Shown: piece by piece, positions 31,523 to 42,003 of the stretch
How positions within the stretch are numbered: the first letter of the stretch is position 1
Layout: the number at the start of each line of letters is the position of its first letter
Assembly (NCBI GenBank): GCA_022844165.1
Contig: JALHMH010000018.1
Span: 29,071-93,070 of the forward strand
DNA length: 64,000 nucleotides
Source: Lysobacterales bacterium
Lineage (GTDB): Bacteria > Pseudomonadota > Gammaproteobacteria > Xanthomonadales > SZUA-5
Reading direction: 5' to 3'
Translations under genes and position numbers: made by a program
The notes under the pieces: generated by a model
Seen by the model: the letters and a program-made list of their open reading frames with translations, nothing else
What the model was told of the DNA's origin: nothing
Databases searched by the model: none

Positions 31523-32545
31523 GTGTCGCTGTACTCCCTCGCCAAACCGCTGCTTTTCGCCCTTGATGCCGAGCGCGCGCATGATTTGGGCTTACTTAGC
31601 ATCGAACTGGCCTGGCGTGCTGGCTTGAATCCGCTGCTGGCGGTCAAACCCAAGACCCTGCCCACGCGGGTATTCGGCATCGAGTTTCCGAATCCCGTCG
31701 GACTGGCGGCCGGCCTGGACAAGAACGGCGCGCATATCGACGCGTTGGCGAGCCTGGGCTTCGGCTTTATCGAAGTCGGCACGATCACACCCAGGGCGCA
31801 ATCCGGCAATCCCAAGCCACGCATGTTCCGGTTGCCCGAGCAGCGCGCGGTGATCAACCGGCTGGGATTCAACAACGGCGGCATTGAGGCTTTGGCAAAG
31901 AACCTCGAATGCACGCGCTTTGGTGGCGTGCTCGGGATCAACATTGGCAAGAACAAGGACACGCCGAACGAGCGCGCCGTCGACGACTATGTGTACTGCC
32001 TTGAGCGCGTGTATGCGCGCGCCAGCTACATCACAGTCAATATCTCATCGCCGAACACACAGGGTTTACGCGATTTGCAGCATGAGGACGCGCTGAAGGC
32101 ATTGATCGGTACTCTGCGCGAGACGCAGGAGCGCCTCGGTGCGCTGCATGGGCGCAAGCCAATGTTGCTCAAAGTCGCGCCGGATTTAACCGATGCGGAA
32201 CTGGATTCGATGGCTGCCGTGTTGCTGTCGAGCGCCATCGATGGCGTTATCTGCGGCAACACCACCATTGATCGCGCCTCGATTGCCGGACATCCGCTCG
32301 CGCGCGAGATCGGCGGCCTGTCTGGCGCACCGCTGATGGCCAAAGCCACCGCGACTCTGCGCGGCATGGCCGCGCGCGTGGGCGGCAAGCTGCCGATCAT
32401 TGGCGTCGGCGGCATTCTATCCGGGCGCGATGCGACGGAAAAAGTTGCCGCTGGCGCGTCACTGGTGCAGTTCTATACCGGCCTCATCTATCGCGGGCCG
32501 GCGTTGATCGTCGAGTGCGTCGAGGCGATTCGTGCGCGTCGTTGA
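31523..32545 (+). CDS. pyrD: Quinone-dependent dihydroorotate dehydrogenase
   Basis: [41 protein letters not shown]. Confidence 0.97.
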   Translation: MSLYSLAKPLLFALDAERAHDLGLLSIELAWRAGLNPLLAVKPKTLPTRVFGIEFPNPVGLAAGLDKNGAHIDALASLGFGFIEVGTITPRAQSGNPKPRMFRLPEQRAVINRLGFNNGGIEALAKNLECTRFGGVLGINIGKNKDTPNERAVDDYVYCLERVYARASYITVNISSPNTQGLRDLQHEDALKALIGTLRETQERLGALHGRKPMLLKVAPDLTDAELDSMAAVLLSSAIDGVICGNTTIDRASIAGHPLAREIGGLSGAPLMAKATATLRGMAARVGGKLPIIGVGGILSGRDATEKVAAGASLVQFYTGLIYRGPALIVECVEAIRARR

Positions 32546-33533
32546 GCAGGCACCCCTGCGGGCGCTGAATTCCTTTGGCGTCGATGCCCGGGCGCGCTTC
32601 CTGGTGCGCGCCAATTGCTCCGATGAATTGCTCGCCGCGCAGGATTTCGCGGCCGCCAGATCGCTACCGCTGGTAGTGCTGGGCGGTGGCAGCAATATCG
32701 TCATCGCGCGCGACCTTGAGGTGGTAGTGCTGACGCCAGATCTGCGCGGCATCGACGTCGAGCGCGGCGGTGATTCGATAGTGATCGAGGCCGCCGCGGG
32801 CGAAAACTGGGCGGAGTTTGTGCAACGCTCGGTGGACATTGGCGCGTGCGGTCTGGAGAACCTGGCGGCGATTCCGGGTTCCGTGGGTGCCGCGCCCATT
32901 CAGAATATCGGCGCGTACGGCGTAGAACTCGAGCGCTTCGTCGAGCAAGTTGAAATTCTCGATCTGAGGACGCACGAACAGAAGCATCTGAGCCGGGCGG
33001 ATTGCGAGTTTGGCTATCGCGATAGCCGCTTCAAGCGAGAGCCGAACGAAATCGTGACACGCCTGCGCCTGCGCCTGCCGACCCAGGCTGACCTCACCAT
33101 CGACTATCCCGGTGTACGCGAAGAACTGGCCGCGATGGGTGCGCTACCATCGCCGCGCACCGTACACGATGCGATCACCGCCATCCGCTGGCGCAAATTG
33201 CCGCGCCCGGAGGTGCTCGGCAATGCTGGCAGCTTCTTCAAAAATCCGATCCTGGACGCGGCACAAAAAGACGCGCTTCTAGGCTTGGCGCTGGCTCCGA
33301 TCTATCCACACGCAAGCGCATTCAAGGCATCGGCCGCGTGGCTCATCGATGCCTGCGGTCTCAAGGGATTCGTACTCGGGCGAGCCGCAGTCCATCGCGA
33401 ACACGCCTTGGTCATCGTCAACCTGGGCGGTGCGAGCGGAGCGGAAATCCTCGCGCTCGCAGCGCACATCCAAACGCGGGTGTTCGAACGATTTGGTATC
33501 ACACTGGAGGTGGAGCCGCGGGTGCTCCAGTGA
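32532..33533 (+). CDS. murB: UDP-N-acetylenolpyruvoylglucosamine reductase
   Basis: [49 protein letters not shown]. Confidence 0.97.
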   Translation: MRVVEQAPLRALNSFGVDARARFLVRANCSDELLAAQDFAAARSLPLVVLGGGSNIVIARDLEVVVLTPDLRGIDVERGGDSIVIEAAAGENWAEFVQRSVDIGACGLENLAAIPGSVGAAPIQNIGAYGVELERFVEQVEILDLRTHEQKHLSRADCEFGYRDSRFKREPNEIVTRLRLRLPTQADLTIDYPGVREELAAMGALPSPRTVHDAITAIRWRKLPRPEVLGNAGSFFKNPILDAAQKDALLGLALAPIYPHASAFKASAAWLIDACGLKGFVLGRAAVHREHALVIVNLGGASGAEILALAAHIQTRVFERFGITLEVEPRVLQ

Positions 33534-33536
33534 GCG

Positions 33537-34469
33537 CTAATCGGGAAGGCGATGGCAACGCATCATCGCACGCACATGCGCCACCGAGCTTTCGCGCAAA
33601 GCGGCAAGCGAATAGCCACCTTCGAGCGTCGAGACGATGCGGCCGTGCGCGTGGCGCTCGGCCAGGCGAACCAATTCAGTCGTGATCCATGCAAAGTCGG
33701 CAGCATCGAGATTCAGATCCGCCAGCGGATCGAGTCGGTGCGCATCGAAGCCGGCGGAAATGATGATCAGCTCCGGTGCGAACGCGTCAACCGCCGGCAG
33801 CAAGGTGCTCGACCAAAGCGCACAAAATGCGTCCGAGCCGCTACCCGGTCTGAGCTCACCGTTGACGATATTGCCGACGCCACGTTCGCTGGCCCGCCCG
33901 GTGCCGGGATACAACGGCGACTGGTGCGAGGACACAAATTGCACGCGCGGTTCGTTCTCGAAAATGTCCTGTGTCCCGTTGCCATGATGTACATCGAAGT
34001 CGACGATGCTGATGCGTGCACAGCCGTGTGCTGCGAGCGCATGATGCGCCGCCACAGCGACATGATTGAACAGGCAAAATCCCATCGCTTCGTTGCCAGT
34101 GCTGTGATGTCCCGGTGGACGGACGGCGCAAAAACCGCGCTCGTTGCGCAGGACAGCAGCATCGACGGCTGCACACAATGCACCACTCGCGCGATAGCTC
34201 GCTTCCAGCGAGGCCGGGGACATCACCGTGTCGGCATCGACTCGAATCAGGCCGTGAGCGGGTGCGTTGCGTTTCAGCAGATCGATGAAGGCAGGAACGT
34301 GCGCGCGACCCACCTGCGCCTCGTCGCCGAGCGGCGCCTCACACCACGTCAGAGCATCGGCAAACTCCGTGCGGAGCGCGTCGAGTATCGCCGCAAGGCG
34401 TCCGGCGTGTTCCGGATGACCGGCGCCGGTGTCGTGATCGAGACAACGCTGATGCGTGTAGATGTTCAT
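33537..34469 (-). CDS. Histone deacetylase family (acetylpolyamine amidohydrolase-like) protein
   Basis: HPE, RPPGHH, GFCLFN, DFDVHHGNGT, SAGFDAH, LEGGY. Confidence 0.95.
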   Translation of the reverse strand: MNIYTHQRCLDHDTGAGHPEHAGRLAAILDALRTEFADALTWCEAPLGDEAQVGRAHVPAFIDLLKRNAPAHGLIRVDADTVMSPASLEASYRASGALCAAVDAAVLRNERGFCAVRPPGHHSTGNEAMGFCLFNHVAVAAHHALAAHGCARISIVDFDVHHGNGTQDIFENEPRVQFVSSHQSPLYPGTGRASERGVGNIVNGELRPGSGSDAFCALWSSTLLPAVDAFAPELIIISAGFDAHRLDPLADLNLDAADFAWITTELVRLAERHAHGRIVSTLEGGYSLAALRESSVAHVRAMMRCHRLPD

Positions 34470-35671
34470 CGTCGCGATACGCTCAGGGCACGTTTCAGCC
34501 AGCGCGCCCGCTGCGCACGGCCCACGACCGCGGCGACCAGGTGTTTTGGCCGCAACGGTTTTTTCAGGAAGTCATCGCCGCCAGCGGTGAGCGTTTCGAA
34601 ACGCCGTTCCTGGTCGTCGTCGCCGGAGATGAGTATGACGGGTGTGAATGCCGTTTTCGGATGCGCGCGAAACAAACTCAGCAATTCGAGCCCGTTCAAG
34701 TTCGGCATGTGCAAATCGAGCAAAATGACGTCGGGATCGAAACTCTCGATGGCCTCGAGCGCACGGGTCGGGTCATGGACAACGCGCGTTGCCATGCCGG
34801 AGCGTCTCAACACCGACTCGACTACCATCGTCATCGACAGATCATCGTCGACGAACAGCGCGCGGTACGGATCGAGTCGGTCGGCGAGCGTAGCGACGAT
34901 TTCGCGGGCGAGCTGGTCGACGTCGGCGGGCAGAACGAAATAGCCGTCCGCACTGACCTTCGCGGCGGCGAGCCGCTGCCGCGGATCGTCGCTGCGCGAA
35001 ACAACAAATAAGCCGATGCGGCGCCGCGCCTGGTCGAGCGCCGGATCGAGCTGCGCCAGTTTGCTCCAGATGTCCAGTGCTGCAGCGGGAAGGATCAGCG
35101 CCTTCACTTCTTCTTGACCCAGTAGTTGCCCGGTCTGGCGATCCAGGCGCAGTAGCGGCTGAACCACATAACCGCAATCTTCAAGCGCAATACCCAAGGC
35201 GGCTGCATCGCGTCCGGATGGGTCGATGAAGATAATGGTGTTCACCGGTGTTTTGGTCGCGGGCAGCGGCAGATCATGGATCGGCGCTGGCACACGCCCG
35301 TGCGCCTCGGGTGTTGGCGGATCGAGCAACATTGGGCCGTGTTCAGGCACATCCTCAGGGAGGTCCAGGTCAACCCCGGCATCTTCCAATCGATGCATTT
35401 GCTCGGTGACGGCGTCTAACAGCGCAATCAGCTGCGCGCGCTTTTGTTGTACCGGACCTGCGCGCGACCCGGTGAACGCGCTCAGGTAAGCGGCGAATCC
35501 CAGACACGCTTCGGCCAAAGATGCGTGCTGTGGATCGCTCAACTGATCGCTCAGAACTTCTGCGCGTTCGCAGACGTCGCCCGCCGCATCGCAATCCCAG
35601 GCGCTGGCCATCAGCCGTCGTGCATCGATTTCCAGCTGTCGCAAGGTATCCAGGTCTTGCGTCATCGTCAT
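34466..35671 (-). CDS. Response regulator (degenerate plus canonical receiver, no output domain)
   Basis: C-terminal receiver FVDDD...LLDLHMPNLNG...ISG...FLKKP; upstream receiver-like segment ending ADGYF. Confidence 0.85.
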   Translation of the reverse strand: MTMTQDLDTLRQLEIDARRLMASAWDCDAAGDVCERAEVLSDQLSDPQHASLAEACLGFAAYLSAFTGSRAGPVQQKRAQLIALLDAVTEQMHRLEDAGVDLDLPEDVPEHGPMLLDPPTPEAHGRVPAPIHDLPLPATKTPVNTIIFIDPSGRDAAALGIALEDCGYVVQPLLRLDRQTGQLLGQEEVKALILPAAALDIWSKLAQLDPALDQARRRIGLFVVSRSDDPRQRLAAAKVSADGYFVLPADVDQLAREIVATLADRLDPYRALFVDDDLSMTMVVESVLRRSGMATRVVHDPTRALEAIESFDPDVILLDLHMPNLNGLELLSLFRAHPKTAFTPVILISGDDDQERRFETLTAGGDDFLKKPLRPKHLVAAVVGRAQRARWLKRALSVSRR

Positions 35672-35711
35672 CCGACCCAACCTCAAAGACCGGTGTTATA
35701 CCGTGCCAAGA

Positions 35712-36131
35712 TCAAAGCAGTTGTCGAAGCGCGATGACCGTCAGAACAAACAGCGGCACGTTGGACAGCGCGAACAGCATAAAACGCAGCGGTATGACGT
35801 TGATCGTGGCCTGCACCAGGCTATGCACAACGCGAAGCGCAAAGTACGCCCAGGCCATGGCCACTGCGAGCGTCGATGTCTCGCCCATGACCGCCAGTGC
35901 CAGAGATATCGCGTAGAAGATGGTCGGCTCTTCCAGCAAATGGTTGTAATTATCTGCTTTCCACCGAACTTGAGCCGGAAGTTCCGCCATTTGTTCCCCG
36001 CGTGGGCGGGTTTGGTCGAGTTTCATGCGCGATCGGCGGATGGCGGGCAGCCGAGTTGCGTACATCCAAAGCCACATGACGAGTGTCCACGCGACCAGCG
36101 AAACGATCGGCCCGAGCATGGGATTTTGCAT
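35712..36131 (-). CDS. MAPEG family membrane protein
   Basis: WMYATRLPA, ADNYNHLLEEPTIFY, RVVHSLV. Confidence 0.9.
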   Translation of the reverse strand: MQNPMLGPIVSLVAWTLVMWLWMYATRLPAIRRSRMKLDQTRPRGEQMAELPAQVRWKADNYNHLLEEPTIFYAISLALAVMGETSTLAVAMAWAYFALRVVHSLVQATINVIPLRFMLFALSNVPLFVLTVIALRQLL

Positions 36132-36255
36132 ATCGATGTCCTTGGGACGAGCTGCAGAAGGGTTGCCTGTCGCGCGCGTGAAGCCGTTCGCGCGTCCTGA
36201 AGATAGCGGCTCTGTGTTCGCGGCAATAGGGGAAATGCGGTCGACAAACGCCTGG

Positions 36256-36616
36256 CGAGGCTTCGCCTCAGACCGCCGAGCATTGTTGGCTTCGCCAGAC
36301 ACCGTACTTGCCAAAACCCCCATTGAGCGCTGCGCGCTCAATCGCCCCCTTGTACTCAAGGGGGCTTCAACTGCCAGAGCCGCTGCGCAGAAAATTTGAC
36401 TCAAATGTACAGATCCGGCTCCGTCAAGGACTCTAGCGAGGCTTCGCCTCAGACCGCCGAGCATTGCTGGCTTCGCCAGACACCGTACTTGCCACTACCC
36501 CCATCGAGCGCTGCGCGCTCGATCGCCCCCTTAATTTAAGGGGGCTGCCAAAGCCAAAGCCGCTCCTGAGAAAATTTGACTCAAATGACAAGATCCAGCT
36601 TCATCAAGGACTCTAG
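36256..36616. repeat. Tandem pair of 180-181 bp units of the same repeat family as 18109-18437
   Basis: Units 36256-36436 and 36437-36616 start CGAGGCTTCGCCTCAGACC and end TCAAGGACTCTAG. Confidence 0.95.
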
Positions 36617-36769
36617 CAGGCTGTTGAGAAACAGCCTGCGGGCGCGAACCATGGATGGTTCGCACATGGATCGAGCACGTAAGTGCTTGATCCATGGAGA
36701 GCGAGTCCGGACATGTGCCGGACTCGCGACTTGAGAAACGCACAGGAAGTGCGTTTCTCAACAAAGTGC
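36616..36769. mobile_element. 154-bp MITE-like element with 17-bp terminal inverted repeats flanked by TA
   Basis: Left GCAGGCTGTTGAGAAAC; right GTTTCTCAACAAAGTGC (14/17 match). Both ends sit in CTAG. The interior is made of consecutive hairpins and has no ORF. Confidence 0.75.
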
Positions 36770-36777
36770 TAGTGCCC

Positions 36778-36803
36778 CTTGAAAGCGCAAACGCCGGCCC
36801 CAT
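36778..36803 (+). promoter_or_regulatory. Sigma32 (RpoH) heat-shock promoter of groESL
   Basis: CTTGAAA-N13-CCCCAT matches the RpoH consensus, about 90 nt upstream of groES. Confidence 0.88.
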
Positions 36804-36894
36804 TAAGCGCCCGTCGCAGGGTTCAGGTGTTCCAACTCGAACCCGCACAAGACACTAACTCGTTGATTTGACTCACCTTGAGAGGATTTGAGCC

Positions 36895-37185
36895 ATGAAG
36901 ATTCGTCCCTTGCACGACCGCGTCATCATCAAGCGCATGGAAGAAGAGCGCCTGAGCGCTGGCGGTATCGTGATCCCCGACACCGCCACCGAGAAGCCGG
37001 TGCGTGGCGAAGTTGTTGCCGTCGGCAACGGCAAGATCCTTGAAGACGGTTCGGTACGCCCGATTGCGGTCAAGGCCGGCGACAAAGTTCTGTTCGGCAA
37101 GTACAGCGGCACCGAAGTGAAGATTGATGGCCAGGAACTGCTGGTCATGCGCGAAGAAGACATCATGGGTGTCATCGAGGCCTGA
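36895..37185 (+). CDS. groES: Co-chaperonin GroES
   Basis: [10 protein letters not shown]...[20 protein letters not shown]. Confidence 0.99.
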   Translation: MKIRPLHDRVIIKRMEEERLSAGGIVIPDTATEKPVRGEVVAVGNGKILEDGSVRPIAVKAGDKVLFGKYSGTEVKIDGQELLVMREEDIMGVIEA

Positions 37186-37235
37186 TCGCGCGTTCGCGTC
37201 GGCTCGTTTCGCATTCAATTCATTGAACACTATAA

Positions 37236-38894
<1,659 letters not shown>

Positions 38895-38914
38895 AACTCC
38901 TGACAGAGCAGACC

Positions 38915-38943
38915 GGGCAGCGAAAACGCCGTTTTCGCTGCCC
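38915..38943. repeat. Perfect 13-bp-stem palindrome downstream of groEL
   Basis: GGGCAGCGAAAAC-GCC-GTTTTCGCTGCCC. Confidence 0.7.
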
Positions 38944-38977
38944 AATCGATCTGGCCGTGTTGCAAGATGGTCTTCTC

Positions 38978-39002
38978 AAGCCCCGCTTCGGCGGGGTTTT
39001 TT
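38978..39002 (+). terminator. Intrinsic terminator of groESL
   Basis: AAGCCCCGC-TTCG-GCGGGGTTTTTT. Confidence 0.9.
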
Positions 39003-39023
39003 GTGCTCGAAGGTGCGCGCTCT

Positions 39024-40898
39024 TCAGCCGTTCGCGCGCCGTAAATGGACCAACAACAACGATACGGCCGCGGGTGTGACACCAGGAATCCGGCCTGCCT
39101 GGCCGAGGGTTGTTGGCCGAACGCGCTCGAGCTTCTGTAGCACTTCATTCGACAGCCCGCGTACCGTCTGGAAATCGAATCCAATCGGAATTTGCGCCTC
39201 TTCGGCGCGCCGGTTGCGTTCGATATCCAGCGTTTGACGACTGAGGTACCCCTGGTATTTTGCCTGCACTTCGACCTGCTCGGCGACCTGCGCGTCCGCC
39301 ACACCGGGGCCGAATCCGTCGATCGCAATCAGTGTTGCATAGGTCACGCCGGGTCGTTTCAGCAGATCGGTCGCGCAACATTCGCGTGTCACGGACTCGC
39401 CCGTGGCTGCGCTGAAGCTCTGCCCCAAAGCATTGTTTGGCGTTGCCCACAACGCACTTAATCGCGCGGACTCGGCGCCGACCGCATCGCGTTTGCGTAC
39501 AAATGCCTCGAAGCGTACGCTGTCGACCAGCCCAAACGTGCGTCCGATTTCCGTCAACCGCAAATCGGCATTGTCCTCACGCAACGCCAGCCGGTGTTCG
39601 GCGCGGGACGTGAACATCCGGTACGGTTCGTTGGTACCGTGCGTAATCAGGTCGTCGACCAGTACGCCGAGGTAGGCTTGATCACGACGCGGCGTCCAGG
39701 GTGCTTGATGGCGGCAGGCGCGAGCGGCATTCAAGCCGGCGAGTAAACCCTGTGCGGCGGCCTCTTCGTAGCCGGTGGTACCGTTGATTTGACCCGCAAA
39801 ATACAGGCCCGATACGGCTTTGGTTTCCAGCGACGGTTTCAAGCCGCGTGGGTCGAAGTAGTCGTATTCGATCGCGTAACCTGGCCGAGTGATGTGCGCA
39901 TCTTGGAAGCCTTTGATCGAACGTACCAGCGCCAGTTGCGCGTCAAACGGCAAACTGGTCGAGATGCCGTTGGGGTAAATCTCGTGCGTGCCCAATCCTT
40001 CGGGTTCGATAAAGATCTGGTGCGTGCTCTTTTCCGCAAAGCGCACCACTTTGTCTTCGATCGATGGGCAATAGCGTGGGCCGACGCCCTCGATAGCGCC
40101 GGTGAATAGCGGCGAGCGATCCAGTGCGCCACGAATGATGTCGTGCGTGCGCTCGCTGGTGTGAGTGATCCAGCAACTGAGCTGCCTGGGGTGTGTTGCG
40201 CGATCGCCCAGGAAAGAAAACACCGGTCGCGGATCGTCACCGGGCTGTTCCAGCAAACCGGAATAGTCGATCGATCGGCCATCGATCCGCGGCGGCGTGC
40301 CGGTCTTAAGGCGGCCTTGTCCCAACGGCAGTTCGCGAAGGCGATCGGCGAGTTTGAGCGCGGGTGGGTCGCCTGCTCGCCCGCCGCGGTAGTTTGCCTG
40401 GCCGATGTGGATTAACCCGCCGAGAAAAGTGCCGGCGGTCAACACGACGCAGTTCGTCTTAAAGCGAAGACCCATCTGCGTCACGACGCCAATCACCCGA
40501 TCGCCTTCCAGGAGCACATCATCGACGGCTTGCTGAAACAACTGCAGATTCGCCTGCTTCTCCACGGCCTCGCGAATTGCCGCCCGGTACAGCGCGCGAT
40601 CGGCCTGACAACGCGTGGCCCGCACGGCCGGGCCCTTGCTGCCGTTGAGCGTGCGCCAGTGGATACCCGCACGATCCGCCGCCCATGCCATGACACCCCC
40701 GAGCGCATCGATCTCGCGCACCAGATGGCCTTTGCCGATGCCGCCAATCGCCGGGTTGCAGCTCATTTGCCCGATCGTCTCGATCGCGTGGGTCAGCAGC
40801 AAGGTTTGGGCGCCGGTGCGCGCCGCTGCAAGCGCCGCTTCGGTGCCGGCATGGCCGCCCCCGACCACAATGACCTCAAAGTGCTTGTCGAACCACAT
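39024..40898 (-). CDS. mnmG: tRNA U34 carboxymethylaminomethyl modification enzyme MnmG (GidA)
   Basis: [61 protein letters not shown]. Confidence 0.98.
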   Translation of the reverse strand: MWFDKHFEVIVVGGGHAGTEAALAAARTGAQTLLLTHAIETIGQMSCNPAIGGIGKGHLVREIDALGGVMAWAADRAGIHWRTLNGSKGPAVRATRCQADRALYRAAIREAVEKQANLQLFQQAVDDVLLEGDRVIGVVTQMGLRFKTNCVVLTAGTFLGGLIHIGQANYRGGRAGDPPALKLADRLRELPLGQGRLKTGTPPRIDGRSIDYSGLLEQPGDDPRPVFSFLGDRATHPRQLSCWITHTSERTHDIIRGALDRSPLFTGAIEGVGPRYCPSIEDKVVRFAEKSTHQIFIEPEGLGTHEIYPNGISTSLPFDAQLALVRSIKGFQDAHITRPGYAIEYDYFDPRGLKPSLETKAVSGLYFAGQINGTTGYEEAAAQGLLAGLNAARACRHQAPWTPRRDQAYLGVLVDDLITHGTNEPYRMFTSRAEHRLALREDNADLRLTEIGRTFGLVDSVRFEAFVRKRDAVGAESARLSALWATPNNALGQSFSAATGESVTRECCATDLLKRPGVTYATLIAIDGFGPGVADAQVAEQVEVQAKYQGYLSRQTLDIERNRRAEEAQIPIGFDFQTVRGLSNEVLQKLERVRPTTLGQAGRIPGVTPAAVSLLLVHLRRANG

Positions 40899-41152
40899 GG
40901 CAAAACGCGGCAGCAGGTGACGAAAAGGGGCGCTATGGTAAGGGCAAACGACGTGACAACTCACATGCCCGGAAGGTTTTGTTCACGTGGCGCTGATTTC
41001 AGACGTTGCGCGCTGTGTGGCTCGGAAAGCCGCGAGCCGTCAACATTCTCTTCATAAACAATAGCTTACAGACACTTCCCGCATGTCGGCAGAATTTGCC
41101 CGTCGGCGATCGCTCATCGACATCGGATAGCTCAAAGGAATCAAAGCGACGC

Positions 41153-41168
41153 TGGCCCGCTCCTTGCA
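41153..41168 (+). promoter_or_regulatory. Putative sigma54 (-24/-12) promoter
   Basis: TGGC-CCGCTCC-TTGCA gives exact GG-N10-GC spacing. An IHF-like AAACAA-TAGC-TTA lies at 41056-41068. Confidence 0.6.
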
Positions 41169-41178
41169 GAACTCAGCT

Positions 41179-41235
41179 TGCGTCAGGGGGAATCGTTGCC
41201 GTTCATGGTTTCAAAGCCATGAACGGCTTTTTTTT
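41179..41235 (+). ncRNA. Candidate ~55-nt small RNA
   Basis: Bounded by the sigma54-type promoter and an orphan intrinsic terminator, with no credible plus-strand CDS. Inference only. Confidence 0.45.
41198..41235 (+). terminator. Strong intrinsic terminator with no upstream plus-strand gene
   Basis: GCCGTTCATGG/CCATGAACGGC 11-bp stem followed by T8. Confidence 0.85.
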
Positions 41236-41424
41236 GGAGAAGGTCTCGGCGCCCGACGTTCAACTGGAACAGGGGGAATCCGGATGAACGCTTCATCGGA
41301 CGCCGAAACCATAGAAACCTTCTCGGTAAGCTTAACTCAGCTGCCGCTGCCAACTGTGATCGCCGTCAAGTTTTACCTGCGACGGCGATGCGGGATTCCG
41401 TTACGCTTAACGAAACTGTCCAGC

Positions 41425-41937
41425 TTATTCCACGTGGTCTACCGCGCGGCTCGACCCTCGTGAGACAGCGCTGTCGCGCACCGGGCGGCTCCAGCCTGAC
41501 GCGTCGCCAGTTCGCGCGCGCGCCGGACTCATGTTCGATCCAGCAGCAGGGTAATCCGGGCCATAGTCGCGGCGACGTTGCGGGGCCATATCGTCATAAC
41601 GCAGCCAACGGTCGCGGTTTCGATCCGCTTCCGCCTGCGCCATGGCCCTGGCAATGTGCGCCGCTCTCGACGGTGATGTCATCGGTGCCGGCATCGATGG
41701 AGTTCGGTACCAGTGGGGATGGCGCCAGGGCCCGTGCCAACCGGCGTACGTGCATGGATGCCATGCGAAAGGCGAAAAGCCAAAACCCACGAATCCACCG
41801 CATCCATGAGCGGCTACGCTTAGAGAGACGTGACGTGTCTGCGGTGCACTCCAATATCCATCCGACGCATAACGATAGCCGCTGTTGGTCGCGCAGCCAC
41901 CGAGCGCAACAACGAGTATCAGCGCAAGCCACTTCAT
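41425..41937 (-). CDS. Hypothetical lipoprotein
   Basis: GGAG RBS; MKWLALILVVALGGC lipobox; aromatic/Gly-rich N-terminal region. Confidence 0.72.
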   Translation of the reverse strand: MKWLALILVVALGGCATNSGYRYASDGYWSAPQTRHVSLSVAAHGCGGFVGFGFSPFAWHPCTYAGWHGPWRHPHWYRTPSMPAPMTSPSRAAHIARAMAQAEADRNRDRWLRYDDMAPQRRRDYGPDYPAAGSNMSPARARTGDASGWSRPVRDSAVSRGSSRAVDHVE

Positions 41938-42003
41938 GTTCACTCTCCAAGGGACGCAGGCCAGCGTAACGCTGCGGCTGTAAAACGCGCCTGAATTTTG
42001 AGA

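Noticed and set aside
36132-36464. N-terminal extension of the MAPEG ORF containing a repeated MLGGLRRSLAR peptide
   Set aside because: This is read-through of the non-coding repeat element; the real start is 36131.
36763-36772. AAGTGCTAG as a CIRCE half-site before groES
   Set aside because: There is no TTAGCACTC left arm at 9-nt spacing, and the sequence is the MITE terminus.
41426-41441. parS-like TATTCCACGTGGTCTA (also GTTCACGTGG near 40981) close to mnmG
   Set aside because: Only about 12/16 match, the palindrome is broken, and no parAB or dnaA is in the window.
41284-41463. 59-aa plus-strand ORF after an AGGGGG RBS-like motif
   Set aside because: No recognisable features, it overlaps the convergent lipoprotein gene, and it lies downstream of a terminator. 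Not called as a CDS.
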